Positions 53,234-62,361 of a stretch of 64,000 nt of DNA are shown here, piece by piece; the first letter of the stretch is position 1, and every line of letters begins with the position of its first letter. Under the pieces are notes generated by a model that saw only the letters and a list, made by a program, of their open reading frames with translations, searched no databases and was not told where the DNA came from. Both the position numbers and the translations under genes were made by a program. This stretch comes from Alphaproteobacteria bacterium (GTDB taxonomy: Bacteria > Pseudomonadota > Alphaproteobacteria > UBA6615): the NCBI GenBank assembly GCA_965261975.1, contig CBDHEC010000047.1:64001-128000 (forward strand). Reading direction: 5' to 3'.

Positions 53234-53617
53234 ATGATGAAAACGATACTCAGTGTACTTGCAGTTTCCGCATTTCTTGCGTCACCGGCTCTAGCCCACA
53301 GCGCCAATGACGCTCAAGGTGCGAGCCCAAGATTCGCTCAGATGGACCGGATGATGGATCGTGCGGATGAAACAACCGATCCCCGCGAACGCCGTGAATT
53401 CGTGGAGGAACACCTGAAACTCATGAGTTCGCAGATGGCCATGATGCACGAGATGATGGGCGGTCATCGCGACGGAACGCCGGATTCTCCGCGCATGGGT
53501 CCGGACTCGATGCAAGACCGGGCGGGCCGCATGGAAGACCGCATGGATATGATGCAACAGATGATGGAGCACATGTTCTCGCAGCAGGAAATGATGATGC
53601 GTGACGAAAGTCGGTAG
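53234..53617 (+). CDS. Met-rich periplasmic protein (putative Cu/Ag binder)
   Basis: Signal peptide ending ALA-H; HLKLMSSQMAMMHEMM and RMDMMQQMMEHM. Confidence 0.75.
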   Translation: MMKTILSVLAVSAFLASPALAHSANDAQGASPRFAQMDRMMDRADETTDPRERREFVEEHLKLMSSQMAMMHEMMGGHRDGTPDSPRMGPDSMQDRAGRMEDRMDMMQQMMEHMFSQQEMMMRDESR

Positions 53618-53701
53618 GATCACGACGTCATCCCCATTCGCTCGGGCAGGTCTGTTATGCGCGTGCGCACGACAGTCCGGTCCGAGCATTGGCTGGCCAT
53701 T

Positions 53702-54463
53702 ATGAATGTCCGGGGAACCTACACCCTGTGCCGCCGCGAGACCCTGCGCTTCAAATCAGTCTGGCTGCAGACGATTCTGGGGCCGGTGATCAGCGTTCTG
53801 CTCTTCGTCATCGTGTTCGCCGCGGCGTTGGGGCGCGGCGATATCGTCATAAACGGCACGTCCTATGTCGCGTTCATCGTGCCCGGGCTGGTCCTGATGG
53901 CGATGCTCCAGAATGCATATGCGAACACGTCGTCGTCACTGCTGATTGCAAAGGTCAGCGGTACCATCGTCGATGTTCTGATGGCCCCGCTCGCACCCTT
54001 TGAGCTTGTGATCGGTTATGCCGCAGCAGCCGTTTTCCGGGCCTTCATTATCGCGGTCTTGTTGGTTTTGGCGGTGTCCCCATTTGTGGATCTTGCCGTT
54101 CGCAGTTGGCCGTTGTTGATCGCGGTCGGGCTTCTCGCCAGCACCGCATTCGCTGTCCTGGGGATTCTCAACGGTATCGTCGCCACTCGCATGGAGCATG
54201 TGGCGGGCGCGTCGACCATTCTTATTGCACCGCTGACGATGCTAGCTGGCACCTTCTATTCGGTGTCGTCCCTGGCCGAACCCTTTCGGTCCATCAGTTA
54301 CTTGAACCCGGTTTTCTTCCTCGTGGATTCCTTTCGGTCCGCCTTCACGGGTGTGTCGGAGGCCGCCCCGGTGCTCACGCTGCTCGGCCTGGTCGCGGTG
54401 AACATCATGCTGACGTGGGTCACGATTCTCATTTTAAGAAGCGGTTATCGCCTCAAGGGTTGA
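53702..54463 (+). CDS. ABC-2-type transporter permease
   Basis: FIVPGLVLM, NAYANTSSS, GTFYS, LNPVF, GYRLK. Confidence 0.85.
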   Translation: MNVRGTYTLCRRETLRFKSVWLQTILGPVISVLLFVIVFAAALGRGDIVINGTSYVAFIVPGLVLMAMLQNAYANTSSSLLIAKVSGTIVDVLMAPLAPFELVIGYAAAAVFRAFIIAVLLVLAVSPFVDLAVRSWPLLIAVGLLASTAFAVLGILNGIVATRMEHVAGASTILIAPLTMLAGTFYSVSSLAEPFRSISYLNPVFFLVDSFRSAFTGVSEAAPVLTLLGLVAVNIMLTWVTILILRSGYRLKG

Positions 54464-54512
54464 AAGGAACTGTTTCCGGAGGCCGAATTTGCACTCAAAC
54501 AGGAGATGAAGA

Positions 54513-54770
54513 ATGAACCTCAATGCGAACAAACTGGCAATTTCTACTGCCGTCGTGTTTGGCGTTCTTTGGGTTATCTGCAGCGCTCTGGTTGCCCTGT
54601 TTCCCGGGCAAATGCTTCGGATGACCGGGTATATGGTCCATTCGGAGCTCATTTCGTTCCAATGGTCCCTGACACTGGCCGGGTTTGTCGGCGGACTGGT
54701 GCTCTGGTCCGTTCTGTCGGGCCTGATTGTCTGGCTGGTAGCGCGCTTCTACAACCGAATCGCGGCTTGA
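54513..54770 (+). CDS. Small membrane protein (DUF5676-like)
   Basis: 85 aa, two hydrophobic segments, WVICS, MVH, YN; AGGAG RBS. Confidence 0.7.
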   Translation: MNLNANKLAISTAVVFGVLWVICSALVALFPGQMLRMTGYMVHSELISFQWSLTLAGFVGGLVLWSVLSGLIVWLVARFYNRIAA

Positions 54771-54859
54771 TCTTCTCCAACCGACGAACCGGATGATTGC
54801 GAACGTTTCTCGGTGTCGCTCGATTGACTGGCGGATGCGCCCGGCTGATACGAAATGTT

Positions 54860-55396
54860 TCAGCAACCTCGCTTACGCTTCGCCAGTTCTCTGTACAGTG
54901 CTTCCGGACTGACGCCGATCTGTTGTGCGAGGCTTCTCCATTCACCTTTCGGGGGTAGCGTGCCATACCAGCTTTCCCATGCTGCCAGTCTTCCTTCGAT
55001 CGTTCTGAGCGAAAGCGTTTCCGCGCGAAACCGTGTGCTCTGAACTTCGTGGGCCAGGTGCGCCATGAAGGCCTCCGCAAGATCTGGCTCTTCGCGCAAC
55101 CGTTTTCGCACCGCCCCTTGCGGGATGCTCTGGACAGTTGTGGCGTCTGTCGCGATGGCGTCACAGTGATAGGCCTTTGCGAACAGAGACGCTTCTGCGA
55201 CGACTTCGCCGGGCTGCGTTCGTTGCAGAATGACGGAGCCGCCTGTCTCGCCGAATCGGACAAGATGCACTTCGCCCGCAAGCACCAGGTGCAGTCGCCG
55301 GACGGGCTCTCCAAGGTGAAAAAGATACTCACCCGGAGTGAGCGCCCGCCGGGAACCGCCTGACAATCGGAACGAATCAAAAATCTCGGAAGACAT
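54860..55396 (-). CDS. Crp/Fnr-family regulator
   Basis: cNMP-type barrel (GEYLFHLGE, AEASLF, YHCDA) and HTH LAQQIGVSPEALYREL. Confidence 0.88.
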   Translation of the reverse strand: MSSEIFDSFRLSGGSRRALTPGEYLFHLGEPVRRLHLVLAGEVHLVRFGETGGSVILQRTQPGEVVAEASLFAKAYHCDAIATDATTVQSIPQGAVRKRLREEPDLAEAFMAHLAHEVQSTRFRAETLSLRTIEGRLAAWESWYGTLPPKGEWRSLAQQIGVSPEALYRELAKRKRGC

Positions 55397-55411
55397 GATC
55401 TTGATCATGTC
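55392..55411. promoter_or_regulatory. Palindromic Crp/Fnr-type operator
   Basis: GACATGATC-TT-GATCATGTC (TGAT-N4-ATCA core) between divergent genes. Confidence 0.65.
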
Positions 55412-55466
55412 AGTGATCTTGCTGCTCTGGCAAGTTCGGGAACGAATTCACACTCGGGAGCAGAGA

Positions 55467-56048
55467 ATGTTGAAACACATAGTGATCGCCACAGTATTGT
55501 TAGTGCCGCTCGCCGCTCAGGCACAGCCTGTCGACCGAGCGCACAGTTCCGGCATGACGCATGTCGACCATGGCGCCGAAATGGAACGCACTAGAGGGGC
55601 CTCTGCCCGGGAACCCGGCCAGGGCGCTTTCGCGGCAATTCAGGAGATTGTCGCCCTCCTGGATTCCGATGCGGACACCGACTGGACGAAGGTCAATATC
55701 GACGGGCTCCGCCAGCATCTGGTCGACATGGATAATGTGACGCTGCATGCCGAAGTTTCGGAAACAAGGATTGCGGGTGGAAGGCGCTATCTGGTCACGG
55801 GCGCTGGTGCGGTCCGGGAATCCATCGATCGGATGATCAAGGCGCATGCCGAGACCATGGATGGGGTAAACGGCATGCGCATCTCGGCCGCGACCGTGCC
55901 TGATGGAACGACAATGACCGTGACCGTGGCAGAACCGACGGATTTGCCCAGGCTGGAAGGTCTCGGCTTTATTGGCGTCATGGCGCTGGGCGCGCATCAT
56001 CAGGAACACCATCTCATGATTGCGAAGGGTGAAGGACCGCACGGATGA
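55467..56048 (+). CDS. Secreted His/Met-rich hypothetical protein
   Basis: Signal peptide; EPGQGAFAAIQEIV, LRQHLVDM, GAHHQEHHLM. Confidence 0.75.
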   Translation: MLKHIVIATVLLVPLAAQAQPVDRAHSSGMTHVDHGAEMERTRGASAREPGQGAFAAIQEIVALLDSDADTDWTKVNIDGLRQHLVDMDNVTLHAEVSETRIAGGRRYLVTGAGAVRESIDRMIKAHAETMDGVNGMRISAATVPDGTTMTVTVAEPTDLPRLEGLGFIGVMALGAHHQEHHLMIAKGEGPHG

Positions 56049-56187
56049 TATTCGAAGCTGAGGGGTCGCGTGCGTCTCTTGCTGAATCCGGGGAATCGCG
56101 AATACGGTGGCCCAACCGGCCCGGGCCAAAAGAACTGACCCGGGTCGGCACGATGCGGCACAAGCCGGAAGCGGCGCTACTCGTGAT

Positions 56188-57084
56188 CTATTCCGTTTCG
56201 TTGTTCAGAAGATAATGGGCGATCGCGCGCAGGTCCTCGTCGGTCAGCCACGAGGTGCCGTCGCGAATGACCTCCCCCATGCTGCCGCCAAGCACGTCAC
56301 CATTGGGTTTCGTGCCGAATCTTAGCCCGAACGCGAGATTGTTCTCGGTCCAGCCGCGCTCACCGAGCGCGGCGGGCGTGATCGGCGGCGAGCGTTCGCC
56401 GCCTGGCAGACCGCCCGCACCGTGAAGTGCCTGCTCGGCATCGCCCGCGCCGAGAAGGTTACGGGGCGTGTGACACGCGCCGCAATGCGCGGGCCCCTCG
56501 ACGATGTACCGGCCCCTGTTCCAGGCGTCGCTCCTGCTCGGGTCATCCTCGAACCGCTCGGAATCAAAGAAGAGGTTCTGCCAACCGCGAAGTGCCCAAC
56601 GTTGATCGAATGGAAAACCGAGTTCCTGGGTCTTCGAGGGAATGTCCGCATTAGGAACCGTTTTCATCGCGGCCCAAAGGTCGGCGACATCCTGGTCGGT
56701 AAGCTTTGAATAGAAGGTATACGGGAACGCCGGATAGTAGGGTTCGCCTTCTGGGGAAATGCCGTGTCGCAAGGCGCGTGCGAAGTCATTCAGGGACCAG
56801 TTTCCCAAGCCTGAAATGGGGTCCGGCGTGATATTCGGGCCGTAGAACGTCCCGAACGGCGTCTTGAGGGGTGGGCCTCCGGCCAGGAGTTCTCCGCCCC
56901 CCGCTTCGTTTGTGTGGCAAGCGATGCAGCCCGCGAGGCGTGCGACATAGGCGCCGCGCTCCGGATCGCCTTCGAGTTGCGCGATCACCGTGTCGGGCAC
57001 CGTGTTGCCGCGGAGAACGGTCACGGCACTGCCGACCGCGACCACCGCGATCGCCGCGGCAGCCACCAAGTAAAACTTTCTCAT
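56188..57084 (-). CDS. Diheme cytochrome c
   Basis: CIACHT and CGACHTPRN; NITPD, YPAFPY. Confidence 0.9.
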   Translation of the reverse strand: MRKFYLVAAAAIAVVAVGSAVTVLRGNTVPDTVIAQLEGDPERGAYVARLAGCIACHTNEAGGGELLAGGPPLKTPFGTFYGPNITPDPISGLGNWSLNDFARALRHGISPEGEPYYPAFPYTFYSKLTDQDVADLWAAMKTVPNADIPSKTQELGFPFDQRWALRGWQNLFFDSERFEDDPSRSDAWNRGRYIVEGPAHCGACHTPRNLLGAGDAEQALHGAGGLPGGERSPPITPAALGERGWTENNLAFGLRFGTKPNGDVLGGSMGEVIRDGTSWLTDEDLRAIAHYLLNNETE

Positions 57085-57093
57085 GAGTGCCGC

Positions 57094-57696
57094 CTACTGT
57101 TTCTTGCGAAACTGGGTGTGGCAGGCGCTGCATGTCTGTGTGACACGTGCGAATGCTGCGTCGGGCGGCATCTTCGCGAGGGCCGCCGGATCGTTCATCG
57201 GCATGCCGCTCGAGGATGACCCGCCCATCATGGGGTTGCGGCGTCCCATCGGGCTTGTCCCCATACCGCCCTGGCGTCCCTGATTCATGCTTGCGCCCAT
57301 GCCCGGACCGCGGGGATTGTCGGCTGCCTCTGCCAGAGCGCTGGCATATTTTGTCAGGTCGTTCGCGAGTTCCGAAAACCGGTCCCAGTCCTGCCAGATC
57401 GCAGGCAGGGATTCACTCGGTCCCTGAATGCTGCCTTCGGGAAACAATCGGGTCATTTGTTCGCCGCCATGGTTTCCGATGAAGGCCGCAGCTTCGCGAA
57501 GAGCCGCCGCATCGAAAGGTTTCTCACCCTGAAACATCTCCGTAATGGTTTTCATGGATTTACCGACGGCATCCATGAGGTCCATCCGCTCTTTCACGAT
57601 TCCCGTGGCGCCGCCGTGGGCAAAGGCCAGGCCGGTTGAGGCCACGATAATGAGCGCCCCGACCGGGGCCAAGATTTTGAGTTTTAAGTTCCGCAT
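57094..57696 (-). CDS. Class II cytochrome c (c556/c'-like) with Gly/Met-rich insert
   Basis: Signal peptide, AHGGATGIVKERM, PAIW, C-terminal CSACH. Confidence 0.88.
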   Translation of the reverse strand: MRNLKLKILAPVGALIIVASTGLAFAHGGATGIVKERMDLMDAVGKSMKTITEMFQGEKPFDAAALREAAAFIGNHGGEQMTRLFPEGSIQGPSESLPAIWQDWDRFSELANDLTKYASALAEAADNPRGPGMGASMNQGRQGGMGTSPMGRRNPMMGGSSSSGMPMNDPAALAKMPPDAAFARVTQTCSACHTQFRKKQ

Positions 57697-57793
57697 GTTC
57701 ACGTCTCACTTCCGAGCATTGGCTTTAAATGCGTCATATTTCCGGCTCACATGGGCTGGAAATATGACCGCAAAAGCATTGAAAGAAAATCAG

Positions 57794-58207
57794 CTAACCA
57801 AGTTCAGCTGTTCTCTGCTTCGGAGGAGGAGGATCAACCGTGAGAAACGAAGCGGGTCGAAACCCTGGTATGACGGAGAATGGCTCAGTGTTGATCGATC
57901 GAGGCGCGCCGGCCAGATCTGCATTGGACATCGAATAGCCGGGTGAACAGGGAACAGCACCGTGATGACATGCCGGCGCTTCCTCTTGGCCGCCATTCGG
58001 CTGACCCGGGTCCAGCGTTCCTGTGAGGATTTGCGTTGTCGTTTCTGACGGTTTGCCCTGGTGGGCGTGTGCGGTCGATGCGGTTCCCAGGGACAGGAAA
58101 CATACGACCGCGACAGCAGCCCACAGAAGCGAGGCGCTGGAAAAACACCTTTCGATCAAGCTGCTGCCCAGCTCTTCCTTGTCATGATCTGCGAGTGCTT
58201 TGCTCAA
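57794..58207 (-). CDS. CutF/CruR(DUF2946)-like secreted leader protein
   Basis: Hydrophobic signal ending AHA-H, CHHGAVPC, C-terminal DPPPPK. Confidence 0.6.
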   Translation of the reverse strand: MSKALADHDKEELGSSLIERCFSSASLLWAAVAVVCFLSLGTASTAHAHQGKPSETTTQILTGTLDPGQPNGGQEEAPACHHGAVPCSPGYSMSNADLAGAPRSINTEPFSVIPGFRPASFLTVDPPPPKQRTAELG

Positions 58208-58210
58208 TGA

Positions 58211-58684
58211 TCAGGAGCCTCTGGCGCGTCTGTTCATGTCGCTCTGTCGCTGCTGGATCTTGCCGGGCCAGCGCGACTTAATATAAGCGAGCACTGCCCA
58301 GATTTGCTCGTCTGAAAGTACCCCTTCGTAAACCGGCATGTCCGTCTGCACAGGTTGCCCGACCACGGCGGACAACCCGAATTTCGTGAGATTGAACAGG
58401 GACACGTCGTCATGATGCCAAGTGTGTCCCGATGCGTCATGGGGGGGAGCCGGCAGCCTGCCGTTGGCCTTGCGTGATCGCCAGTTTGGCTGGCCTTCGA
58501 GATTGGCACCGTGGCACGCTGCGCATTGGGATGCATATACCTGCCGCCCCAGGGCCACGAGTTCCGCGTTCGAAGGATCGGCCGAAAGCGTTGCTTCGGC
58601 AGTCGGTTTGCCAATCGAGAGATAGATGCCCGCGGCAACGACCGCGATCACAAAAACCGTTATCACCAGACTACGTTTGGACAT
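58211..58684 (-). CDS. Monoheme cytochrome c
   Basis: CAACHG, EGQPNW, PAPPHDASGHTWHH, MP. Confidence 0.9.
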   Translation of the reverse strand: MSKRSLVITVFVIAVVAAGIYLSIGKPTAEATLSADPSNAELVALGRQVYASQCAACHGANLEGQPNWRSRKANGRLPAPPHDASGHTWHHDDVSLFNLTKFGLSAVVGQPVQTDMPVYEGVLSDEQIWAVLAYIKSRWPGKIQQRQSDMNRRARGS

Positions 58685-58710
58685 AAACCTGCTCACCAAG
58701 TGCAGATCAT

Positions 58711-58741
58711 GTCCTACAGCTTCCACCTGCTGGAAGGTCAA
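58711..58741 (-). promoter_or_regulatory. CueR-type promoter of the cytochrome c operon
   Basis: Minus strand TTGACC followed by a 19-nt spacer with ACCTTCC-N7-GGAAGCT. Confidence 0.8.
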
Positions 58742-59075
58742 GCGCGGACTTGATTGAACATTCTCCAGTGGTACACGAGATGTTGGTGCGTATTTGGTAC
58801 ACTTCGTCACAAACAACCATGATTAACGGTGATCAATCAGGACAAGACGTTCACGAAAGTCGCCCAATTTTTCTATTGCCGTTGATCTTGGTTGATACCC
58901 GCCGGGTCACTCGGTCGTGACTACGGATCAGATGGCTGTTCACAGGGGGTTGGCTAGAGCCTTGTGTGGTTGAACTTTCCGGTCAATGATGGAGATACCG
59001 TTTCTATTCCATTGCTAGATGTGGAATGACGTCCAGTAAAATGTTTTAAAACAGTAAATTGTGATTAAAACACAT

Positions 59076-59129
59076 GGGATTCCTAATCCCGAGGCCGCAG
59101 GTTCGATTCCTGCCGGGCGCACCACGCGA
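59076..59129 (+). repeat. attR core (duplicated 3' part of tRNA-Arg)
   Basis: 53/54 identity to 23831-23884; no 5' tRNA half upstream. Confidence 0.95.
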
Positions 59130-59230
59130 TGTTACTATGGTCTACGATTCTGCCTGTTTTCCAGTGAATAATGGATCTCACCCTAAAACTCAGTGAACTC
59201 ACAGGCAGCGCATCCTGCGCGTTGCTCCAG

Positions 59231-59527
59231 ATGATCGGGACGAACTGGAAAATTCCGGTGCTCATTGCGGTGGCGATTGGCCTGCAGGCCTGCGTTCCCG
59301 CGGTTAGTGTTGTAGAGGGTCTCAAGCAGCTCGGCAGTTATGGCGTCGAACAGGCGTTCGCCGAGGAGGACAAGTATCTGAAGAACTACTCTGACAGGCG
59401 CGTCTGTTTATCGGCGACGCTTGAGAATCTGGAATGGGATAAATCTGTTGCTGCCGAGCCATTTGTCAGGGAAGCGGGGCGGCGCGATATTGGAAAAGAC
59501 TGCCGCAACAAATACACCACCACCTGA
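59231..59527 (+). CDS. Hypothetical lipoprotein
   Basis: Hydrophobic N-terminus with lipobox LQAC. Confidence 0.55.
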   Translation: MIGTNWKIPVLIAVAIGLQACVPAVSVVEGLKQLGSYGVEQAFAEEDKYLKNYSDRRVCLSATLENLEWDKSVAAEPFVREAGRRDIGKDCRNKYTTT

Positions 59528-59538
59528 CATCAGGTCGT

Positions 59539-60306
59539 TCACCGGGCCAGAGGTGGTTCGGTATCCGCGGCCATGCCGATGAGAAACCTGTAGAAAGCGG
59601 CGGCGCGATTTACGAACGACTTCGCATTACCGGTCCCGATACCGGAGCGGGCCGCCGAAATTCCATAGTAATCCCATGCGCCGGTCTCGGTTCGGTCGAA
59701 AAAATGGACGGAGACCAGAGCCTGCGGTTTGAACAATGTGACGAAGGTATATCGAATGGCCGATATATTCGCGATTGTGGCGACGACCCGATCGGGTCCC
59801 AATTCGCGAACGGTCAGGCTGTAGGTGTTCGGGCCGCTGGACCTCGAATCGTTCTGCATGAAGTACAGCCTGTCGCCACCCGATAACTCAGATGCGGTGA
59901 AATCGGGCCGGCGAATGCCGCTGATGGGGCTCTCGATCGCGTGAGATTCGGTCACCAATGTTCGCCATCTTTGATCGGTCGTCGACCAGTAGCGCAGTCC
60001 TTGGGTGGCGGAAATCTCGCCGATCCGCGTGAGGATATCGTTGCTCGATAGAGAGCCGTTGAATTTTCCGGCCAGGGTGACCACCAGCGCCAATCGACCC
60101 GACAGTGTGCCAAGGCAGCCCGCGGGATCATTCAGTTCCAGGTCCTGCCAAACTTGTACGATCGGCGCCTCCCCGAGGCCTCCGTAGGCGGGTGTCGTGT
60201 CGGCCTCGTTGTCCGGGCAAGGCGGGACGGGTTGCGCGGACGCCTGTGGCGCGGCGAGGAGGAGGATCACGACTGACAGGACGACCGAAGCCAAGTTTGC
60301 AAGCAT
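59539..60306 (-). CDS. Secreted hypothetical protein (possibly DUF6675-like)
   Basis: 255-aa ORF with signal peptide and GGAAGG RBS; family assignment tentative. Confidence 0.6.
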   Translation of the reverse strand: MLANLASVVLSVVILLLAAPQASAQPVPPCPDNEADTTPAYGGLGEAPIVQVWQDLELNDPAGCLGTLSGRLALVVTLAGKFNGSLSSNDILTRIGEISATQGLRYWSTTDQRWRTLVTESHAIESPISGIRRPDFTASELSGGDRLYFMQNDSRSSGPNTYSLTVRELGPDRVVATIANISAIRYTFVTLFKPQALVSVHFFDRTETGAWDYYGISAARSGIGTGNAKSFVNRAAAFYRFLIGMAADTEPPLAR

Positions 60307-60373
60307 GTCTACCTTCCGCATCCCCATCGACTGCAAGCTGCAGTCCCGGGTCATTCTAATGCGTGCCCAAAGA

Positions 60374-60402
60374 AAAAGCCCCGGCGACCGGCCGGGGCTT
60401 TT
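60374..60402. terminator. Intrinsic terminator after the purine permease gene
   Basis: AAAAGCCCCGGC-GACCG-GCCGGGGCTTTT. Confidence 0.88.
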
Positions 60403-60425
60403 CTATTCACTTATGTGTTCGGCGA

Positions 60426-61808
60426 TCAGTCGGCGCCGGCACCCTGGGCGACATCGTCCGCCAGTTCTTCCGGCAGGATGAGGTTCAGGATGATCGCGAT
60501 GAACGCCGCCGGCAGCAGGCCCGAGGCCAGCAACACGCGGATCGAATCCGGGACATGCTGCAGCGCGCCCGGCTCGAGATACAGCCCCAGACCGAAGGCC
60601 ATGGAGACGGCGAAGATGATCATGTTGCGCCGGTTCCAGGTGACTTCGGCCAGCATCGACAGGCCCGCCGAAGCGACCATGCCGAACATCACGATGACAC
60701 CGCCACCGAGAACCTCGATGGGGATCGTCGTAACCAGCGCGCCGACCTTGGGAATCAGCCCGGCGAGGACCAGGAAGATGGCGCCGATGGTCACCACGTG
60801 CCGGCTCATCACGCCGGTCATGGCGACCAGGCCGACATTCTGGCTGAACGAGGTGTTCGGCAGGGCGCCGAACAGGCCCGCAACGGCGGAACCAAGACCA
60901 TCAGCATAGGTCGCGCCGACGATCTCCTTGTCCGTGGCCTCGCGTCCGGCACCACCCTTGGCGATACCCGAAACGTCGCCGACGGTTTCAACCGCCGAGA
61001 CGAAGGCCATGAGACAGAAGCCGACGATCGCTGCGGTGGTGAACTCAACCCCGAACGGGAAGAGCTCCGGCACCTCGAAGACGGCGGCCCGGCCCACATT
61101 GGCGAAACTCACCATGCCCAGTGCCATCGCGAAGAAGTAACCTACGATCAGACCGATGAGCACCGCCGCGACGGACCACATGCCGCGGACGAAGAATTTC
61201 AGCCCCAGGGTCACCACGATGACGCTGCCGGCGACGGACCAGTTCAGCAGGCTGCCATATTCGGGCTTGCCGATGGCGGGAACACCACCCGCCGAATACT
61301 GGATGCCGACTTTCACCAGGATCAACCCGATCAGCAACACCACGATGCCGGTGATCAGCGGCGGCAGCGCGAAGCGGATCTTGCCGATGAACGTGCCGAG
61401 CAGCGCGTGGAACAGGCCACCGACGAGCACGCCGCCGAACAGGGCCGGGAGCGCTTCGACACCCTGGCCCGCGACCAGCGGGATCATGATCGGCAGGAAC
61501 GCGAAGCTCGTGCCCTGGACGACCGGCATCTTGGCGCCGACGGGGCCGAGTCCGATGGTCTGGATCAGGGTGGCGACGCCGGCGAACAGCATCGACATCT
61601 GGATCATGTACAGCAGCACCGGGAAATCAGGTGAATTCGAGCCGAAGCCGAAGCCTGCTGCACCGGCGACGATGATCGCGGGTGTGACGTTGGAAATGAA
61701 CATTGCCAGCACATGCTGGATGCCGAGCGGAATCGCTTTCGCGATCGGCGGCATATAGTTCGGATCGCGGAGTTGCTCCGGCGTTCCGAGGTTGGACGTG
61801 TTAGCCAT
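60426..61808 (-). CDS. NCS2 xanthine/uric-acid permease
   Basis: GIQHVLAM, GTSFAF, ETVGD, TSFSQNVGLVAMTGVMSR signature. Confidence 0.93.
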   Translation of the reverse strand: MANTSNLGTPEQLRDPNYMPPIAKAIPLGIQHVLAMFISNVTPAIIVAGAAGFGFGSNSPDFPVLLYMIQMSMLFAGVATLIQTIGLGPVGAKMPVVQGTSFAFLPIMIPLVAGQGVEALPALFGGVLVGGLFHALLGTFIGKIRFALPPLITGIVVLLIGLILVKVGIQYSAGGVPAIGKPEYGSLLNWSVAGSVIVVTLGLKFFVRGMWSVAAVLIGLIVGYFFAMALGMVSFANVGRAAVFEVPELFPFGVEFTTAAIVGFCLMAFVSAVETVGDVSGIAKGGAGREATDKEIVGATYADGLGSAVAGLFGALPNTSFSQNVGLVAMTGVMSRHVVTIGAIFLVLAGLIPKVGALVTTIPIEVLGGGVIVMFGMVASAGLSMLAEVTWNRRNMIIFAVSMAFGLGLYLEPGALQHVPDSIRVLLASGLLPAAFIAIILNLILPEELADDVAQGAGAD

Positions 61809-61860
61809 CGTTAAGTGTGCCTCCAGTGGTTGGGGAAGAGCTTACGAGCGCCGATCTGCA

Positions 61861-62361
61861 TCAGCCTTCGATTCCTGTTATCTCGTAGGGTTCGTCGAAC
61901 CAGTGCTCCTCCAGATTTTCGCCCGGACCGATCCTGTCGATCACGGCGAACAGACCGGGTTCATGGAGCGGCGTGAGTACACCGTGCCAGGTCCCCCGGT
62001 GATAATTGACGCCCTGACCGGGGTCGGTCAGGAACGCCTTCGGTTCGTGCGGGCTTCCATTTAGGTCGCTCGCGACGATGACAAGGAACGGATCGGCGGT
62101 CATGGGCACGAAGGCCTGACTGCCGAGTGGATGCCGTTCCATTAAATCCAGCGAATACGGTAGCGTGCGCGCCGTGGCCTTGAACACGCTTATTCCAGCG
62201 CGCCCGTCTTCATGCTCCAGGTCGATTTTGACGCGGTCATGATATCGCCCGCACATACCCTGATTGATCATCATGTCAGGCGCGCCAGACGCGTCGAATA
62301 CATCTCCATAGGAAGCGAACGCTTCGGCCGTCAGCGGCGCAATGGTGATTGTGGCGCTCAC
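61861..62361 (-). CDS. allA: Ureidoglycolate lyase
   Basis: PLTAEAFASYGD, MERHPLGSQAF, GVNYHRGTWH. Confidence 0.92.
   Translation of the reverse strand: MSATITIAPLTAEAFASYGDVFDASGAPDMMINQGMCGRYHDRVKIDLEHEDGRAGISVFKATARTLPYSLDLMERHPLGSQAFVPMTADPFLVIVASDLNGSPHEPKAFLTDPGQGVNYHRGTWHGVLTPLHEPGLFAVIDRIGPGENLEEHWFDEPYEITGIEG

Larger units (their letters stand above)
23831..59129. mobile_element. Integrative genomic island (~35.3 kb) in tRNA-Arg(CCT) carrying metal/thiol-redox cargo
   Basis: 54-bp direct repeats at both ends, adjacent tyrosine integrase, visibly lower-GC core, accessory cargo. Confidence 0.92.

Noticed and set aside
24048-59075. Prophage or conjugative ICE
   Set aside because: No structural, terminase, relaxase or T4SS genes recognised; the amidase and M23 are cellular types rather than lysins
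59076-59129. Second tRNA-Arg gene
   Set aside because: Lacks the 5' acceptor strand and D arm; it is the attR duplication
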